From a virus: a DNA stretch of 64,000 nucleotides. The translations under genes were made by a program, and so were the position numbers. Location: positions 8,158 through 72,157 of the IMG/VR virus record IMGVR_UViG_3300050821_005065, one strand, 5' to 3'. The notes beneath the pieces are model-generated. The model saw nothing but the letters and a program-made list of their open reading frames with translations. It made no database searches and was not told the DNA's origin. Shown here one piece after another: positions 48,144 to 57,299 of this stretch (the first letter of the stretch is position 1; every line of letters begins with the position of its first letter).

Positions 48144-48341
48144 TTAGTTCTTCGTTTTCACGTAGACGCTCGTCCAGGTCACGGTTGGATCGTCTGGAGA
48201 TACAGTGGTTGCTGCGAATTCCGGATAGCCGCCTGCGTTGGCGATTTCGGCATTCAGGGCGTCGGTCCACTGCTGCGGTGTCATGCCTTCAGTGGTAGCT
48301 ACGGCTGGCAGGAATCGGCCATCCGGAGGGTTCGGGGACAT
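48144..48341 (-). CDS. Hypothetical protein
   Basis: AAGGAG RBS before MSPNPPD. Confidence 0.5.
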   Translation of the reverse strand: MSPNPPDGRFLPAVATTEGMTPQQWTDALNAEIANAGGYPEFAATTVSPDDPTVTWTSVYVKTKN

Positions 48342-48389
48342 TGAGTTTCTCCTTGTGCGTTTGAAATAAAATGCCAAAGAACTCTATTT

Positions 48390-49310
48390 TTAACTCTCTA
48401 ATTCGTTAACCTGCCACATCCACACGCCGTTCTCGCGCACTGGCATCGCGTCAGGGAATCTCGAACGCACGCGATGCCCAGCGGTCGGATCATCGTCCAT
48501 CGCGCAAGGCACATACTTAAGACAGCCTTGGGGATAACTCTTATCCGGATAAAGTTCTACCGAGAAATCGAGCGCGGCGAAGCGATCCTCCGGCCAGTCG
48601 GACCCATCCACCGTGCTGTTTTCGTGAGTCATCGCTGCAGTTCTCATAACCATTCTCCAAAGATTAAGCGTGGTCTCCATTTCGAGCACAAAGGGCTGCC
48701 CGTCACAGATCACGTTTTTATCGTCCTCTGTGTCATAGCAGCGGTTGGACAGCGCGGGCCTGCTATCCCCTGGTTCCCCGTGGGGTCCAACATCGAACCG
48801 GGCGACGGCAGACACCAACTGATATTTACGCTTGTTTAATTCCCGCCCTCGCACGATATGAAAATAGTAGGTTGGATTCGTGATGTCGTCGCAAATGCCG
48901 CGGCGCACAGTATGCAACTCGATGACGTAGCCAGGGAACAGTTGCGGGAACTTCTCGTCGGCCGTCGGGCACCACCGAAACTCGTTCGGCTTTCCGGTTG
49001 CTAAGTTGATTGTCGAGATGCCCTTGGTTCCATCGACCGATTGAATCGCTTCGCAGTTCTCAGGACACTCAAAGTCGGACGCTTTTACGCTGCGTGCGAG
49101 TACTCCATAGGCAAGAATCATCACACACGCCGTCGCCGCTAAGACTGGAATCCCCCAGACTGCCAGACCGTGCCGTTCTCCATCCTCCAGCCAGTTCCAC
49201 GCGCTTTGCACTTCCCGCTTCCAGCGAATCACGTTTTCTTTCTCCTGCTCTGCGGTCCAGATGGGTGTTCCGGGGAACTTCTGGGTATTATGTCCGAAGA
49301 AGCGAATCAT
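48390..49310 (-). CDS. Membrane-anchored protein with Cys-rich extracytoplasmic domain
   Basis: AAGGAG RBS; one TM helix followed by 8 Cys. Confidence 0.65.
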   Translation of the reverse strand: MIRFFGHNTQKFPGTPIWTAEQEKENVIRWKREVQSAWNWLEDGERHGLAVWGIPVLAATACVMILAYGVLARSVKASDFECPENCEAIQSVDGTKGISTINLATGKPNEFRWCPTADEKFPQLFPGYVIELHTVRRGICDDITNPTYYFHIVRGRELNKRKYQLVSAVARFDVGPHGEPGDSRPALSNRCYDTEDDKNVICDGQPFVLEMETTLNLWRMVMRTAAMTHENSTVDGSDWPEDRFAALDFSVELYPDKSYPQGCLKYVPCAMDDDPTAGHRVRSRFPDAMPVRENGVWMWQVNELES

Positions 49311-49328
49311 CGGAATGGTGCTCCTTTG

Positions 49329-49745
49329 TTAAGTTTGTATTCCGCAATGCTCAGGCTTCCAGTAGTTCGCTAGATAAATGTCGAGGTCGAGGCTGCCTTG
49401 GGCTCGGTTCGCTCCCTTATGCAGTAGCGAGATGTTTAGATCGGAGTCGTCCCTTTTCCAGCCACCGCTCCCTTTGCTGCGGACATGGCCAAGTTCAACA
49501 TCTCGATAATCCGTAAAGTGCTGATCACAGGCAGCGCACGGTCGGCTCTGCCTGAGCAATTCATCCTTCCTTCGCTTCAGCGCCGCCGGCGTTCTCTCAA
49601 TATGCCCGTCTGGATACTGCCGAATCCCTGGGCCAATATATTTCCACTTGGGCTGCTTGATCCCAGCCCGAGCTGGTTGCTCTCCTCTGCCGCAGCAGGT
49701 TGTAGAGTTCTTGTGGCCGGGAATGGGACATGGCTTAGAGTTCAC
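49329..49745 (-). CDS. HNH endonuclease-like protein
   Basis: CAAC..ELGHV..KGSGG..DD..N..LLH..AN..QG; second CxxC lost. Confidence 0.65.
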   Translation of the reverse strand: MNSKPCPIPGHKNSTTCCGRGEQPARAGIKQPKWKYIGPGIRQYPDGHIERTPAALKRRKDELLRQSRPCAACDQHFTDYRDVELGHVRSKGSGGWKRDDSDLNISLLHKGANRAQGSLDLDIYLANYWKPEHCGIQT

Positions 49746-49965
49746 AGCGTTTCACCTTAACCCGACCCAAAGTCCGCTGCCCCTCAAGCTCGGCATCCAA
49801 CCGTTCTACCTCCTCTGGCTTCACAATCAACCGTAGTTTGTAGTCGGTTGCTTCTAGAAGGGCCAGCACTTCACGAACAAAGGCCGCCGACGAGGTAAAG
49901 CGCGACGATTCGAGGTCGAGCCAGTCTGCCACGTCAAGCCTCCAATTCTGCCGGTGAGACCGCAC
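49735..49965 (-). CDS. Hypothetical protein
   Basis: Overlaps both neighbours in the operon. Confidence 0.4.
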   Translation of the reverse strand: MRSHRQNWRLDVADWLDLESSRFTSSAAFVREVLALLEATDYKLRLIVKPEEVERLDAELEGQRTLGRVKVKRCEL

Positions 49966-50584
49966 CCTTAGTAATCCGGTCCAATAGCCGCTTCCTCGCC
50001 GACGCTGCCGCTAAGATTTTGCGCTCCTCGCGCTCCACTTCGGCAACTTCATTCTCGCTCAACCCCAACAGTTTTCTCCGCCGTGAACTGACCGAACTGT
50101 GACGCCGCGACCTCACGACAGCTTCCGCCAGGTTGCGCGTTGTTTTAGTGGTGTCCATAGCCTTGATTGGCTGCACTCTGTTCACCGAATCTCCGTACCG
50201 CACGATGACGGAACGAAGAGAAATCCAAACGAATTTCTTTTTCACTTCAGCCGCCGGACGAATCAAGTGGAAAGCTTTCTCGATTCCAAGGTGCCTGAGT
50301 TGCGCCCCCGGCTCCAACCGGAAAATGTAAAAGTCGATGCAGTTCTCAGCGCACATTTTGCCATGCCGTACGATATTGAATCCCCACCCGAGGCATCGAC
50401 CTTTCTTATACGGCTCCCCCACCTTTACCTCAATGGTTGTTCCGCGACTCGTGTACAGATCGAACGGTGCCCACCGGCCAGTTTCATTGATTGACAGCCC
50501 TTTACCACGGAGCCAATGCCGCACCGAACGCTGACCGGAGATGCCGATATAATCACTATTATCATCATTTAACGATTTATTCAT
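49934..50584 (-). CDS. PD-(D/E)xK nuclease-like protein
   Basis: PFDL....TIEVK and DFYIF; start placed at ATG 50584, 6 nt after a TAAATT -10. Confidence 0.55.
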   Translation of the reverse strand: MNKSLNDDNSDYIGISGQRSVRHWLRGKGLSINETGRWAPFDLYTSRGTTIEVKVGEPYKKGRCLGWGFNIVRHGKMCAENCIDFYIFRLEPGAQLRHLGIEKAFHLIRPAAEVKKKFVWISLRSVIVRYGDSVNRVQPIKAMDTTKTTRNLAEAVVRSRRHSSVSSRRRKLLGLSENEVAEVEREERKILAAASARKRLLDRITKGAVSPAELEA

Positions 50585-50590
50585 GTACAA

Positions 50591-50655
50591 AATTTATACC
50601 GGAACACTATGCAAGTCAATAGCCTATTGACATAACCCCTATTCCATGCGATAAC
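50591..50655. promoter_or_regulatory. Divergent promoter pair 1
   Basis: Plus strand: TTGACA(50627)-17-GATAAC-6-ATG(50662). Minus strand: TTGACT(50619)-17-TAAATT-6-ATG(50584). The -35 boxes form the inverted repeat GTCAAT-agcct-ATTGAC. Confidence 0.7.
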
Positions 50656-50661
50656 GGTTAC

Positions 50662-50841
50662 ATGGCAACCGCAACCTTCATCTCCGAACGACCGCCTCAC
50701 ATTCACTCGCCCATCCTAATCTTCGGCGAAGGAGTAGACCTTGAAGCCCAAGTGCCTGTAGGCTATGCCTGCTCTACTTGCCGGGAAGAACTTTGTTCGC
50801 TGGTGCCAAGGGAAATTCCCGAGTATCGGCTTGCATCGTAA
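50662..50841 (+). CDS. Small leaderless protein (59 aa, MATATFISERPPHIH...CSTC)
   Basis: Read manually; ATG lies at the predicted transcription start. Confidence 0.5.
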   Translation: MATATFISERPPHIHSPILIFGEGVDLEAQVPVGYACSTCREELCSLVPREIPEYRLAS

Positions 50842-51288
50842 CTGATTTTGAATCCTCAATGAGCGGATGGCCACTTTTACATGGCTCGGATACGTGGGCA
50901 TCTCCTTCGTCCGTTTTGACTGGCTTTCGGCTATCGGCCACCGGTACGGCCCATGGGGCTAACTGGTGAGGCGGTGAAGAATAGTCGTAGACTGTGTAGC
51001 GCCCGCCACTTTCGTTGCGGGTCCGCATTTCTACCGACTTGCTCCGAGAAAAAGCATTCTCCTTCTTGCGACCGAGCTTCAGGGTTAGCTCCACCCCATC
51101 CAGTTGCGTCGTTACCCTACAACGCTGCTTTCTGGAATTTCTAGCCTCTCGCTCGCGTTTTCCGGCCCTGTTCGCGCTCATGTTTTAGCGGGTTACCTCA
51201 TACGCCTACTAACCGCAGTCGCGTGTCTCTCCACGCCGCATCCGCTCATTCAGAATTCAAAGATCGCCGAATCCCTTCTTTCTCCAAA

Positions 51289-51405
51289 CTACTTACGCCA
51301 ATATGTGCTGACGCTAATCAATATCAACAGGCCAGCCATGATCCACAAAGCCGCTTCCGTCTCGCGCAGCACGCTGATCAGAGAGTTTACCTGGTCCGGC
51401 GTCAA
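51289..51405 (-). CDS. Small single-TM peptide
   Basis: TTG start overlapping the RHH stop; ALWIMAGLLILISVSTYWRK. Confidence 0.4.
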   Translation of the reverse strand: MTPDQVNSLISVLRETEAALWIMAGLLILISVSTYWRK

Positions 51406-51554
51406 CGAATGCCTTCTTTCTCGGCACAGCGCCGGAGAGCTTCTTCGAGAGTCTGCACGTTGCTTCGGGCGTTCCACTTCTGCCGCAAAGCCGCCAGCCA
51501 TTTCCGCGCTAGCGGCGTCAGCTCGAAGTTCATCAGTTTTTTCTTTCCTGACAT
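51402..51554 (-). CDS. Ribbon-helix-helix-like regulator (50 aa)
   Basis: MSGKKKLMNFELTPLARKWLAALRQKWNARSNVQTLEEALRRCAEKEGIR: alternating beta strand then two helices; leaderless start; absent from the ORF track. Confidence 0.65.
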   Translation of the reverse strand: MSGKKKLMNFELTPLARKWLAALRQKWNARSNVQTLEEALRRCAEKEGIR

Positions 51555-51560
51555 GCAATA

Positions 51561-51628
51561 GGTGTAGCGCACAATCTTTATTTCGTCAAGAGATTTTATT
51601 TGACTTTCTTTTTGCGCGGGAGTAAAAC
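51561..51628. promoter_or_regulatory. Divergent promoter pair 2
   Basis: Plus strand: TTGACT(51600)-17-TAAAAC-7-ATG(51636). Minus strand: TTGACG(51589)-17-TACACC-6-ATG(51554). Confidence 0.7.
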
Positions 51629-51635
51629 CCTGTGC

Positions 51636-52001
51636 ATGGCAACCAACCTAGCGCAGCCTGATCTGTTTCCCATCCCTCCAAACCTCAAGCGCAGAGTCCG
51701 CGTCATCCCCAAGCCGAAACAGCCGCTCTGGAAATCCTTTTACGCTTTCAATGAGGCCAATCCGCATGTGTACCGGAGAATCGTGCAACTGGCGCGGAAG
51801 GCGAAGATGCGGGGGCTAGAGCACTACTCAATGGATGGAATTTTTCACGTCATGCGCTGGGAGATTGCGATCCGGACGAAGAGTAGCGATCAGTTCCGCC
51901 TCAACGACCATCACACTTCTTTCTATGCGCGGATGGTGGATGAACGGGAAGATGACTTAAAGGGTTTCTTCACTCTCAGGAAACAGAGGGCCAAGAAATG
52001 A
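51636..52001 (+). CDS. Conserved-type phage hypothetical protein
   Basis: F.EANPHVY...YS...IFHVMRW...F.LND....FYAR...FF.LR pattern seen in small phage proteins. Confidence 0.7.
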   Translation: MATNLAQPDLFPIPPNLKRRVRVIPKPKQPLWKSFYAFNEANPHVYRRIVQLARKAKMRGLEHYSMDGIFHVMRWEIAIRTKSSDQFRLNDHHTSFYARMVDEREDDLKGFFTLRKQRAKK

Positions 52002-52204
52002 TCCGTACTATGGAAGAGGTAGAACGCGAAACCGTACTCGCGGCGATTCAAGAAACTGGCTCCGCTATTGAAACCGCTCGACTGCTCAAGATGGGCAAAA
52101 CCACAGTGTTCCGCAAGCTGAAGAAGTGGGGCGTACCTGTACCCGGAACGAATGGGCTGAGGAAGAAAAAGATTCCGGCTCCAGCTCTTCCTCCGAAGCA
52201 ATAA
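51998..52204 (+). CDS. Fis-type helix-turn-helix protein
   Basis: MEEVERETVLAAIQETG...TARLLKMGKTTVFRKLKKWG. Confidence 0.8.
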   Translation: MIRTMEEVERETVLAAIQETGSAIETARLLKMGKTTVFRKLKKWGVPVPGTNGLRKKKIPAPALPPKQ

Positions 52205-52306
52205 CCTGATGCTGCCGCGCACACCGCAAGAGATTAAAGATGCTCAATTCCGCTGCCCAGGCTGCCAACGTCCAGTGCTCTTGCCGAATGGGAATGGGAA
52301 TCACAG

Positions 52307-52672
52307 ATGAGAATTACTCCAACCGAAGCGAACACGCAAAAAGCCTGCTTAGAGTTGTTAGCCGCTCACAAGATATTCGCAGGCCGACTCAACACAGCGG
52401 GCATCAAGACCGCCAACGGATTCTTCCAGTGCCATAGCTTCGGGGCCGGGTGCGCGGATATTCTGGCGTTCGTTGCTGGCAAGGGGATGTGCTGCAATGA
52501 GTGCGACTGCGATTTAATCACGCCGCTCTGGATCGAAGTGAAGGCCCCGCACGGCCAGCAATCGCCCGAGCAAATCACTTTCCAGGTCTTCGTGGAATCG
52601 CTCGGACATCACTACTTGCTCATCCGGTCCATTGACCAGTTGGTGGCGTGGCTGAAAGAAAATGCGGGGTAG
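52307..52672 (+). CDS. VRR-NUC domain nuclease
   Basis: TEANTQ..C, GCADIL, WIEVKAPHGQQSPEQ..F. Confidence 0.85.
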   Translation: MRITPTEANTQKACLELLAAHKIFAGRLNTAGIKTANGFFQCHSFGAGCADILAFVAGKGMCCNECDCDLITPLWIEVKAPHGQQSPEQITFQVFVESLGHHYLLIRSIDQLVAWLKENAG

Positions 52673-52684
52673 CGCATTTTGTGC

Positions 52685-52713
52685 TTGACACATTTCTTCC
52701 CCTTTGTTACACT
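52685..52713 (+). promoter_or_regulatory. sigma70-like promoter abutting a start codon
   Basis: TTGACA(52685)-17-TACACT with TG extension, 6 nt before ATG 52720. Confidence 0.75.
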
Positions 52714-52719
52714 TTTGAC

Positions 52720-52890
52720 ATGGCAACCAAACAAAGCGTAGTGAAGGAGTTGCGGCTAAAGTATCCAGCCGGGTCGCCGCTGGACAAGATGGTGGACCGG
52801 CTGCAATCGCACTTCGGCATCGACAAGCCGGCAGTTTTGCAGATGGCGCTCAAGAAGCTTTCGGATGCCACGTTCGGAGGCGCGAAGTGA
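52720..52890 (+). CDS. Small RHH-like regulator
   Basis: MATKQSVVKELRLKY...MVDRLQSHFGIDKPAVLQMALKKL. Confidence 0.55.
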   Translation: MATKQSVVKELRLKYPAGSPLDKMVDRLQSHFGIDKPAVLQMALKKLSDATFGGAK

Positions 52891-53051
52891 GAAACATCGA
52901 ACTGTACCACAAGGAAATCGAGAGTCTGGACCCTCTGCAGAGGAATGTGTTCTTGAATCTGTTTGTGGGCGCACTCGCCGCACTGGTGGATGAGGAGACG
53001 TGGAAAATGGCGCTCAAGTCGGCACACCTCGGGAAGGCGGCACTTCTATGA
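52887..53051 (+). CDS. Small hypothetical protein (54 aa)
   Basis: GGAGG RBS; GTGA and ATGA coupling. Confidence 0.5.
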   Translation: MRNIELYHKEIESLDPLQRNVFLNLFVGALAALVDEETWKMALKSAHLGKAALL

Positions 53052-53227
53052 TGTTCCACCACGAACCCGACATCTACCTTGAAACCAAATGGCATCGAGG
53101 TAACTTGCTGGTCATGGGGCCGGTGGGCCGGATGCGGTTGCTGATTGAGAAGGCGAATCGTACAGAGCGCATCTGGGGCATGGTGGAGTACTTTGTATTC
53201 TTTCGCTGGCTGTGGAGGGCGCAATGA
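53048..53227 (+). CDS. Hypothetical protein
   Basis: ATGA coupling. Confidence 0.45.
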   Translation: MMFHHEPDIYLETKWHRGNLLVMGPVGRMRLLIEKANRTERIWGMVEYFVFFRWLWRAQ

Positions 53228-53412
53228 TCGAATCTTGGACTCCTCCGCGTCATGCTCTTGCAACCTTGGTGGCTTGCTCCGGCGATTTAGAGATGGCTTT
53301 CAGCATCGCCAAATCGAACGCCAAGCAGACGGCTCTGGCGGACAATAGCACTTACTGGTTCTGGGCAGAGGTCAGAAATTCTTTGACTTCAGAGAAGGCG
53401 GCACAATGCTGA
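53224..53412 (+). CDS. Hypothetical protein
   Basis: GGAGG RBS; ATGA coupling. Confidence 0.5.
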   Translation: MIESWTPPRHALATLVACSGDLEMAFSIAKSNAKQTALADNSTYWFWAEVRNSLTSEKAAQC

Positions 53413-53612
53413 ACAACGGACAAAAAGTAACCTCAATTTCCGAGCATGAGCATTGGGCAGACTACGCGGAGTTAGGGCCGGATCACTTCGCTCCGCACAC
53501 TCCCTCAAAAGCAGAGTTGAATGCCGCAGCCTTCTTAGTCGTAGGCGGCCTGCTGGTGACTTGGATTGTGATCGGACTTGGAGTGTACGGGGTTTGGAAG
53601 CTTTGGCACTAA
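53406..53612 (+). CDS. Small membrane protein
   Basis: C-terminal TM helix. Confidence 0.55.
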   Translation: MLNNGQKVTSISEHEHWADYAELGPDHFAPHTPSKAELNAAAFLVVGGLLVTWIVIGLGVYGVWKLWH

Positions 53613-53634
53613 GGCGTTAAGGAGAAACAAGGCT

Positions 53635-54111
53635 ATGGCAAACGAAATTATTGAGCATGGACACACACGAGTTAGCGGGCCGATGACAGCTTTGCAAATC
53701 GCCCGTGAGATTGAGGCGCACAAGAAGGCTTGCGCTGGCCTCGCCTCGTTGTCGTATTCTACGCATGACACGCGCCGTTATAACTGTACGGTCTGCATCG
53801 GTTTCAAGTGTTTTGGACGGATCGAAGAGCGCGACCGCACAGAAGAAATGGCTGCGATCCTGCGGACCATCAAGGACCGTGATTATGACTGGGTGAGTTG
53901 GTTCATTACCGATGTTCAAGTTGCCATTATCGCCGATGCGATGGAGGCTTGGCATGTTCGGCAGCAGATGCGGCTAGGATATTGCAAAACCGCTCACAAG
54001 ACGGCAGGGGCGCATCCTCAAGGGAAACGCTGCCGCGATTGGGCTGAGGCGAAATGTACATGTCCTGATACTCAGTGCATCTACCACGTTGCGGTCGAAG
54101 GAGATTTTTAA
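53635..54111 (+). CDS. Cys/His-rich hypothetical protein
   Basis: AAGGAG RBS. Confidence 0.6.
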   Translation: MANEIIEHGHTRVSGPMTALQIAREIEAHKKACAGLASLSYSTHDTRRYNCTVCIGFKCFGRIEERDRTEEMAAILRTIKDRDYDWVSWFITDVQVAIIADAMEAWHVRQQMRLGYCKTAHKTAGAHPQGKRCRDWAEAKCTCPDTQCIYHVAVEGDF

Positions 54112-54223
54112 GAATGTGCGGCGGCGTCACGCGAGACGAGCAGGGAGCAATCCTCAGACCTAGCGAAATTGGACTAGGTACATGGTCGGCCAATCCGACC
54201 CGTACAAATGAACTGGAGGCTTC

Positions 54224-54505
54224 ATGACGGCACGGATGGACAAAGCGATTGACCAGCTTCGCTACGCACTAGGCGGCGAATATCGAACGAGTTTCTGGGA
54301 CCACGAGGCTATCGAGGAAGCTGCCAGACGCCTGACGCCTATTCAGTTGCGACCGTGGATGCACGCTGCCGCAGAAGAATATCTCAGACAGGCACATCCT
54401 GACCTGATGGCCGACATGATTAATGAACTCGCTGGAATCATCGCGAAGCACGCGCACAGCGATACAGTCAATCCGAACATGCAAGGGGCTGAGACAGGCG
54501 AGTAA
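54224..54505 (+). CDS. Hypothetical protein
   Basis: GGAGG RBS. Confidence 0.6.
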   Translation: MTARMDKAIDQLRYALGGEYRTSFWDHEAIEEAARRLTPIQLRPWMHAAAEEYLRQAHPDLMADMINELAGIIAKHAHSDTVNPNMQGAETGE

Positions 54506-54534
54506 CGCACCACGAACCACAGAGGAGGTATACG

Positions 54535-55497
54535 ATGAACGCACTACCGCAGTCCATGGAGGTCTATCAGCCCACCGGAGAGCCCTTAACCGCCTCTGCT
54601 GTCAGAGCCCACGTCAATCTGATTCAGGAAGTGATGGCTGCCGTGATGAAGAAGGATGTTCACTACGGCATCATCCCTGGGTGCAAGAAGCCGAGCCTTT
54701 GGAAGCCAGGCGCAGAAGTGCTCTTTATGACCTTCCGTATCGCCGTCGATGTCATGGTGGTGGACTTGAGCACTCCCGACGAAGCGCGGTTTCGCGTGCA
54801 GGCGAGGGCGACCAGCTACGGCAATGTGCCGCTGGGTACGGCTGTTGGGGAAGCCTCGACCGGGGAAGAAAAATATAAGTGGCGCGCTGCAATCTGCGAT
54901 GAGGAGTGGGAAGCCACCCCGGAAGACCGCCGGCGCACAAAATGGAAGAATGGCCGAAACGACGCCTACCCCGTGCAGCAGATTCGCACCGAGATAGCCG
55001 ACAACCGAAATACCGCGCTGAAAATGGCTGCGAAACGGGCTACTGTGGCCTTGGCGCTGCAAGTAACGGCAGCCTCCGACATCTTTACCCAGGACATCGA
55101 AGACATTCCAGAAGAAGCCCGCGGGGAAGTTTATGACGATGTTGCACAACAACCGGCACCCAACGATCTTCCGACCGAGATACGGCGCAAACCGCAACCC
55201 GCCCCTCAAGGACGTGGGCCGACAACCGACTATCCCCCGGTTCACGGCAATTCGGCTGGGATGAAGGAATCGGAACGCAAACCGCAGCCGCCCCAGCCAC
55301 GCGCACCGGAACCCTCGCGCGTGCGGACGATCAGCGAACCCCAGGCGCGTCGATTCTATGCTATCCGCACAAATACCGGACGAAGCGACGACGAAGTGCG
55401 CGACTTCCTGAAGGCAGAGTTTGGCGTGGACGATGACCGGAAGATTCCCGCGGACAGGTACGAGTTCGCGATCGAATGGGCGCAGGGGGATTTCTGA
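54535..55497 (+). CDS. Phage single-strand annealing recombinase (Rad52/Sak-like, inferred)
   Basis: HYGIIPG..KPSLWKPGAE, NTALKMAAKRA, ASDIFTQDIED; C-terminal ISEPQARR helical domain; paired with an exonuclease. Confidence 0.65.
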   Translation: MNALPQSMEVYQPTGEPLTASAVRAHVNLIQEVMAAVMKKDVHYGIIPGCKKPSLWKPGAEVLFMTFRIAVDVMVVDLSTPDEARFRVQARATSYGNVPLGTAVGEASTGEEKYKWRAAICDEEWEATPEDRRRTKWKNGRNDAYPVQQIRTEIADNRNTALKMAAKRATVALALQVTAASDIFTQDIEDIPEEARGEVYDDVAQQPAPNDLPTEIRRKPQPAPQGRGPTTDYPPVHGNSAGMKESERKPQPPQPRAPEPSRVRTISEPQARRFYAIRTNTGRSDDEVRDFLKAEFGVDDDRKIPADRYEFAIEWAQGDF

Positions 55498-56159
55498 TGG
55501 CAACCGCGACTCAGTTCACATTTACACCGGAAACCCATATCTACGCCGACGCGAACGGCATCATGCGTCCTTCAGTAAGCCAAGTGATCAAGGGGGAGGG
55601 GTTGATTTCCTTCGCGGGGATCAGCCCTTCCGTGCTTGAGCGGAAACGGCAGCTCGGCACCTTGGTTCATAAAGTCACAGAGCTGTACGACCAGGGCGAG
55701 GATCTGAACGAGTACGAGATCCCTAACGAAGTGTGGCCTTATGTTGAAGGCTATCTCAACTTTCGTAACGATTGCCAGTTTGATCCGCGGTTGATCGAGC
55801 ATAGAGTTCTCGCGCAAGTGCATGGGATGTGGTATGGCATGTGCCTGGACCGGCGCGGCCAGATCGACGGAGTAGATCATGTGATCGAACTCAAGTGCGG
55901 GGCCAGTGAGCATCCGGCATGGGGGGTACAACTCGCGGCCTACTGCATGGGGCTCGACCTCGGGAGTACGAACAAGCTGAAATATCCCGAACGAGCGGCA
56001 GTGCAACTTGGACCGCAGTTTCCGAGGGGATACAAGACTCACCCCTACACCGAGCAGTCCGACTATACCGAGTGGGTGAACTGTCTCTCTTCCTCAATTT
56101 GGAAGATCAACAAGCGGCTCTTTTCTTTTGAGAACGAACCAGAACGAATGATAGCTTAG
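55497..56159 (+). CDS. PD-(D/E)xK exonuclease
   Basis: PSVSQVI, GTLVH, IEHRV, LDR..VIELK, QLAAY. Confidence 0.8.
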   Translation: MATATQFTFTPETHIYADANGIMRPSVSQVIKGEGLISFAGISPSVLERKRQLGTLVHKVTELYDQGEDLNEYEIPNEVWPYVEGYLNFRNDCQFDPRLIEHRVLAQVHGMWYGMCLDRRGQIDGVDHVIELKCGASEHPAWGVQLAAYCMGLDLGSTNKLKYPERAAVQLGPQFPRGYKTHPYTEQSDYTEWVNCLSSSIWKINKRLFSFENEPERMIA

Positions 56160-56169
56160 GAGGCATATC

Positions 56170-57009
56170 ATGACAGTTGCAGTGACTACTCCAGAACTGG
56201 ATCAAGAGTTAGAGACCTTGGTCCCCGAAGAAACCACCACTATGGCGCTCGTGCTGCAAGGCGTAGTGTCAATGGACAAGATTCCGACCGGAGATGCAGC
56301 TACCTATCTCCGTGTAGACAGCGCCGGCGCGGACGCAGCCACCAACATCAAGAGCCTTACGGCACTGTTCGAGAGGATTATTCCAGAGAGATACGCTCAC
56401 TGGAAGCGCGCCACCGAACTCCGCGCGAAAAAGCTGGCACCCTTCGAAGAAGTGAAGAGTAAAGCATCTAAGCTGACCGGCGCGTACAAACAGGAAGCAG
56501 AGCGGTTGCGACTGGCCGAAGAGTCTCGCCTCCAGGCAATCGAGAACGAGCGCATCCGGAAAGAGCAGGAGGAGCAGCAGCGGTTAGCCGAAGCCGAAGC
56601 ACAGCGAATCTCCCAAGAGAACGCAGTCAACGATGCGATCGCGCTCGAAGCTGCCGGTGATAAGAAAGGAGCCGAAGCGGTCCTCAATAATCCCGCGCCA
56701 GTTCCAATCTACGTTCCCCAGGTAATGCCTTCTCCCGTGATCCTGCAAAAGACCACGCCGAAAGTTGCAGGGAGATCCGATGTGGCTCCGTGGACCTATC
56801 GCGTAAAAATCTCCCCAGAGTGCCAAGGGAAGTTAGGACACGAGCCGAAAGAATGCTCAGTCTGCCTGGCGGACGTGCCGCGGGAATATCTGGTTTTGAA
56901 CACCAAGTACACCGGGCAAATGGTGAAGGCGATGAAGGACAAATTCAATACTGTCGTCCCCGGCGGAATCGAAGCTTATCAAGACTTTGGAACGCGCTAC
57001 AAAGGTTAG
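56170..57009 (+). CDS. Coiled-coil protein of the recombination module
   Basis: Long E/R/A coiled coil, VPREYL, PGGIEAY. Confidence 0.65.
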   Translation: MTVAVTTPELDQELETLVPEETTTMALVLQGVVSMDKIPTGDAATYLRVDSAGADAATNIKSLTALFERIIPERYAHWKRATELRAKKLAPFEEVKSKASKLTGAYKQEAERLRLAEESRLQAIENERIRKEQEEQQRLAEAEAQRISQENAVNDAIALEAAGDKKGAEAVLNNPAPVPIYVPQVMPSPVILQKTTPKVAGRSDVAPWTYRVKISPECQGKLGHEPKECSVCLADVPREYLVLNTKYTGQMVKAMKDKFNTVVPGGIEAYQDFGTRYKG

Positions 57010-57017
57010 GAGGCAGC

Positions 57018-57284
57018 ATGAATACCGAAGCACCCGACACACCAGCAAAGCAAACCTCAAGCATGATGTATGAACCCGAGTACAACCCTGAAACCCAAAC
57101 GCTCACCATCCGCTTCAAGAGCGGGAGTGGAGCAGTTCACCAGTACGACAACTTTACCCAGGAAGAGTTCGACGCTTTCTACTCGGCTCCCTCCTGGGGA
57201 AGGCATTTCAAGGATCGGATTCGCCCGCGCTATGAAGGGAAGAGCACGCGGGTAAATTCTCCAGAGGTGGTCAAGCCCTCCTAA
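57018..57284 (+). CDS. KTSC domain protein
   Basis: SS....YNPETQTLTIRFKSG..HQY..F.SAPSWGRHF...IR; AGGAGG RBS. Confidence 0.85.
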   Translation: MNTEAPDTPAKQTSSMMYEPEYNPETQTLTIRFKSGSGAVHQYDNFTQEEFDAFYSAPSWGRHFKDRIRPRYEGKSTRVNSPEVVKPS

Positions 57285-57299
57285 GCGTAACTCTGGAGG

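Noticed and set aside
50662-52728. Shared ATGGCAACC start as a dedicated leaderless signal
   Set aside because: The same start also occurs at 11628 (with an SD) and at 55497 (translationally coupled), so it is not specific.
54586-55503. 305-aa minus-strand ORF
   Set aside because: Antisense shadow of the recombinase gene.
55497-56159. Cas4 / CRISPR-associated gene
   Set aside because: No Fe-S cysteine cluster, array or other cas genes; fits a recombination exonuclease next to the annealing protein.
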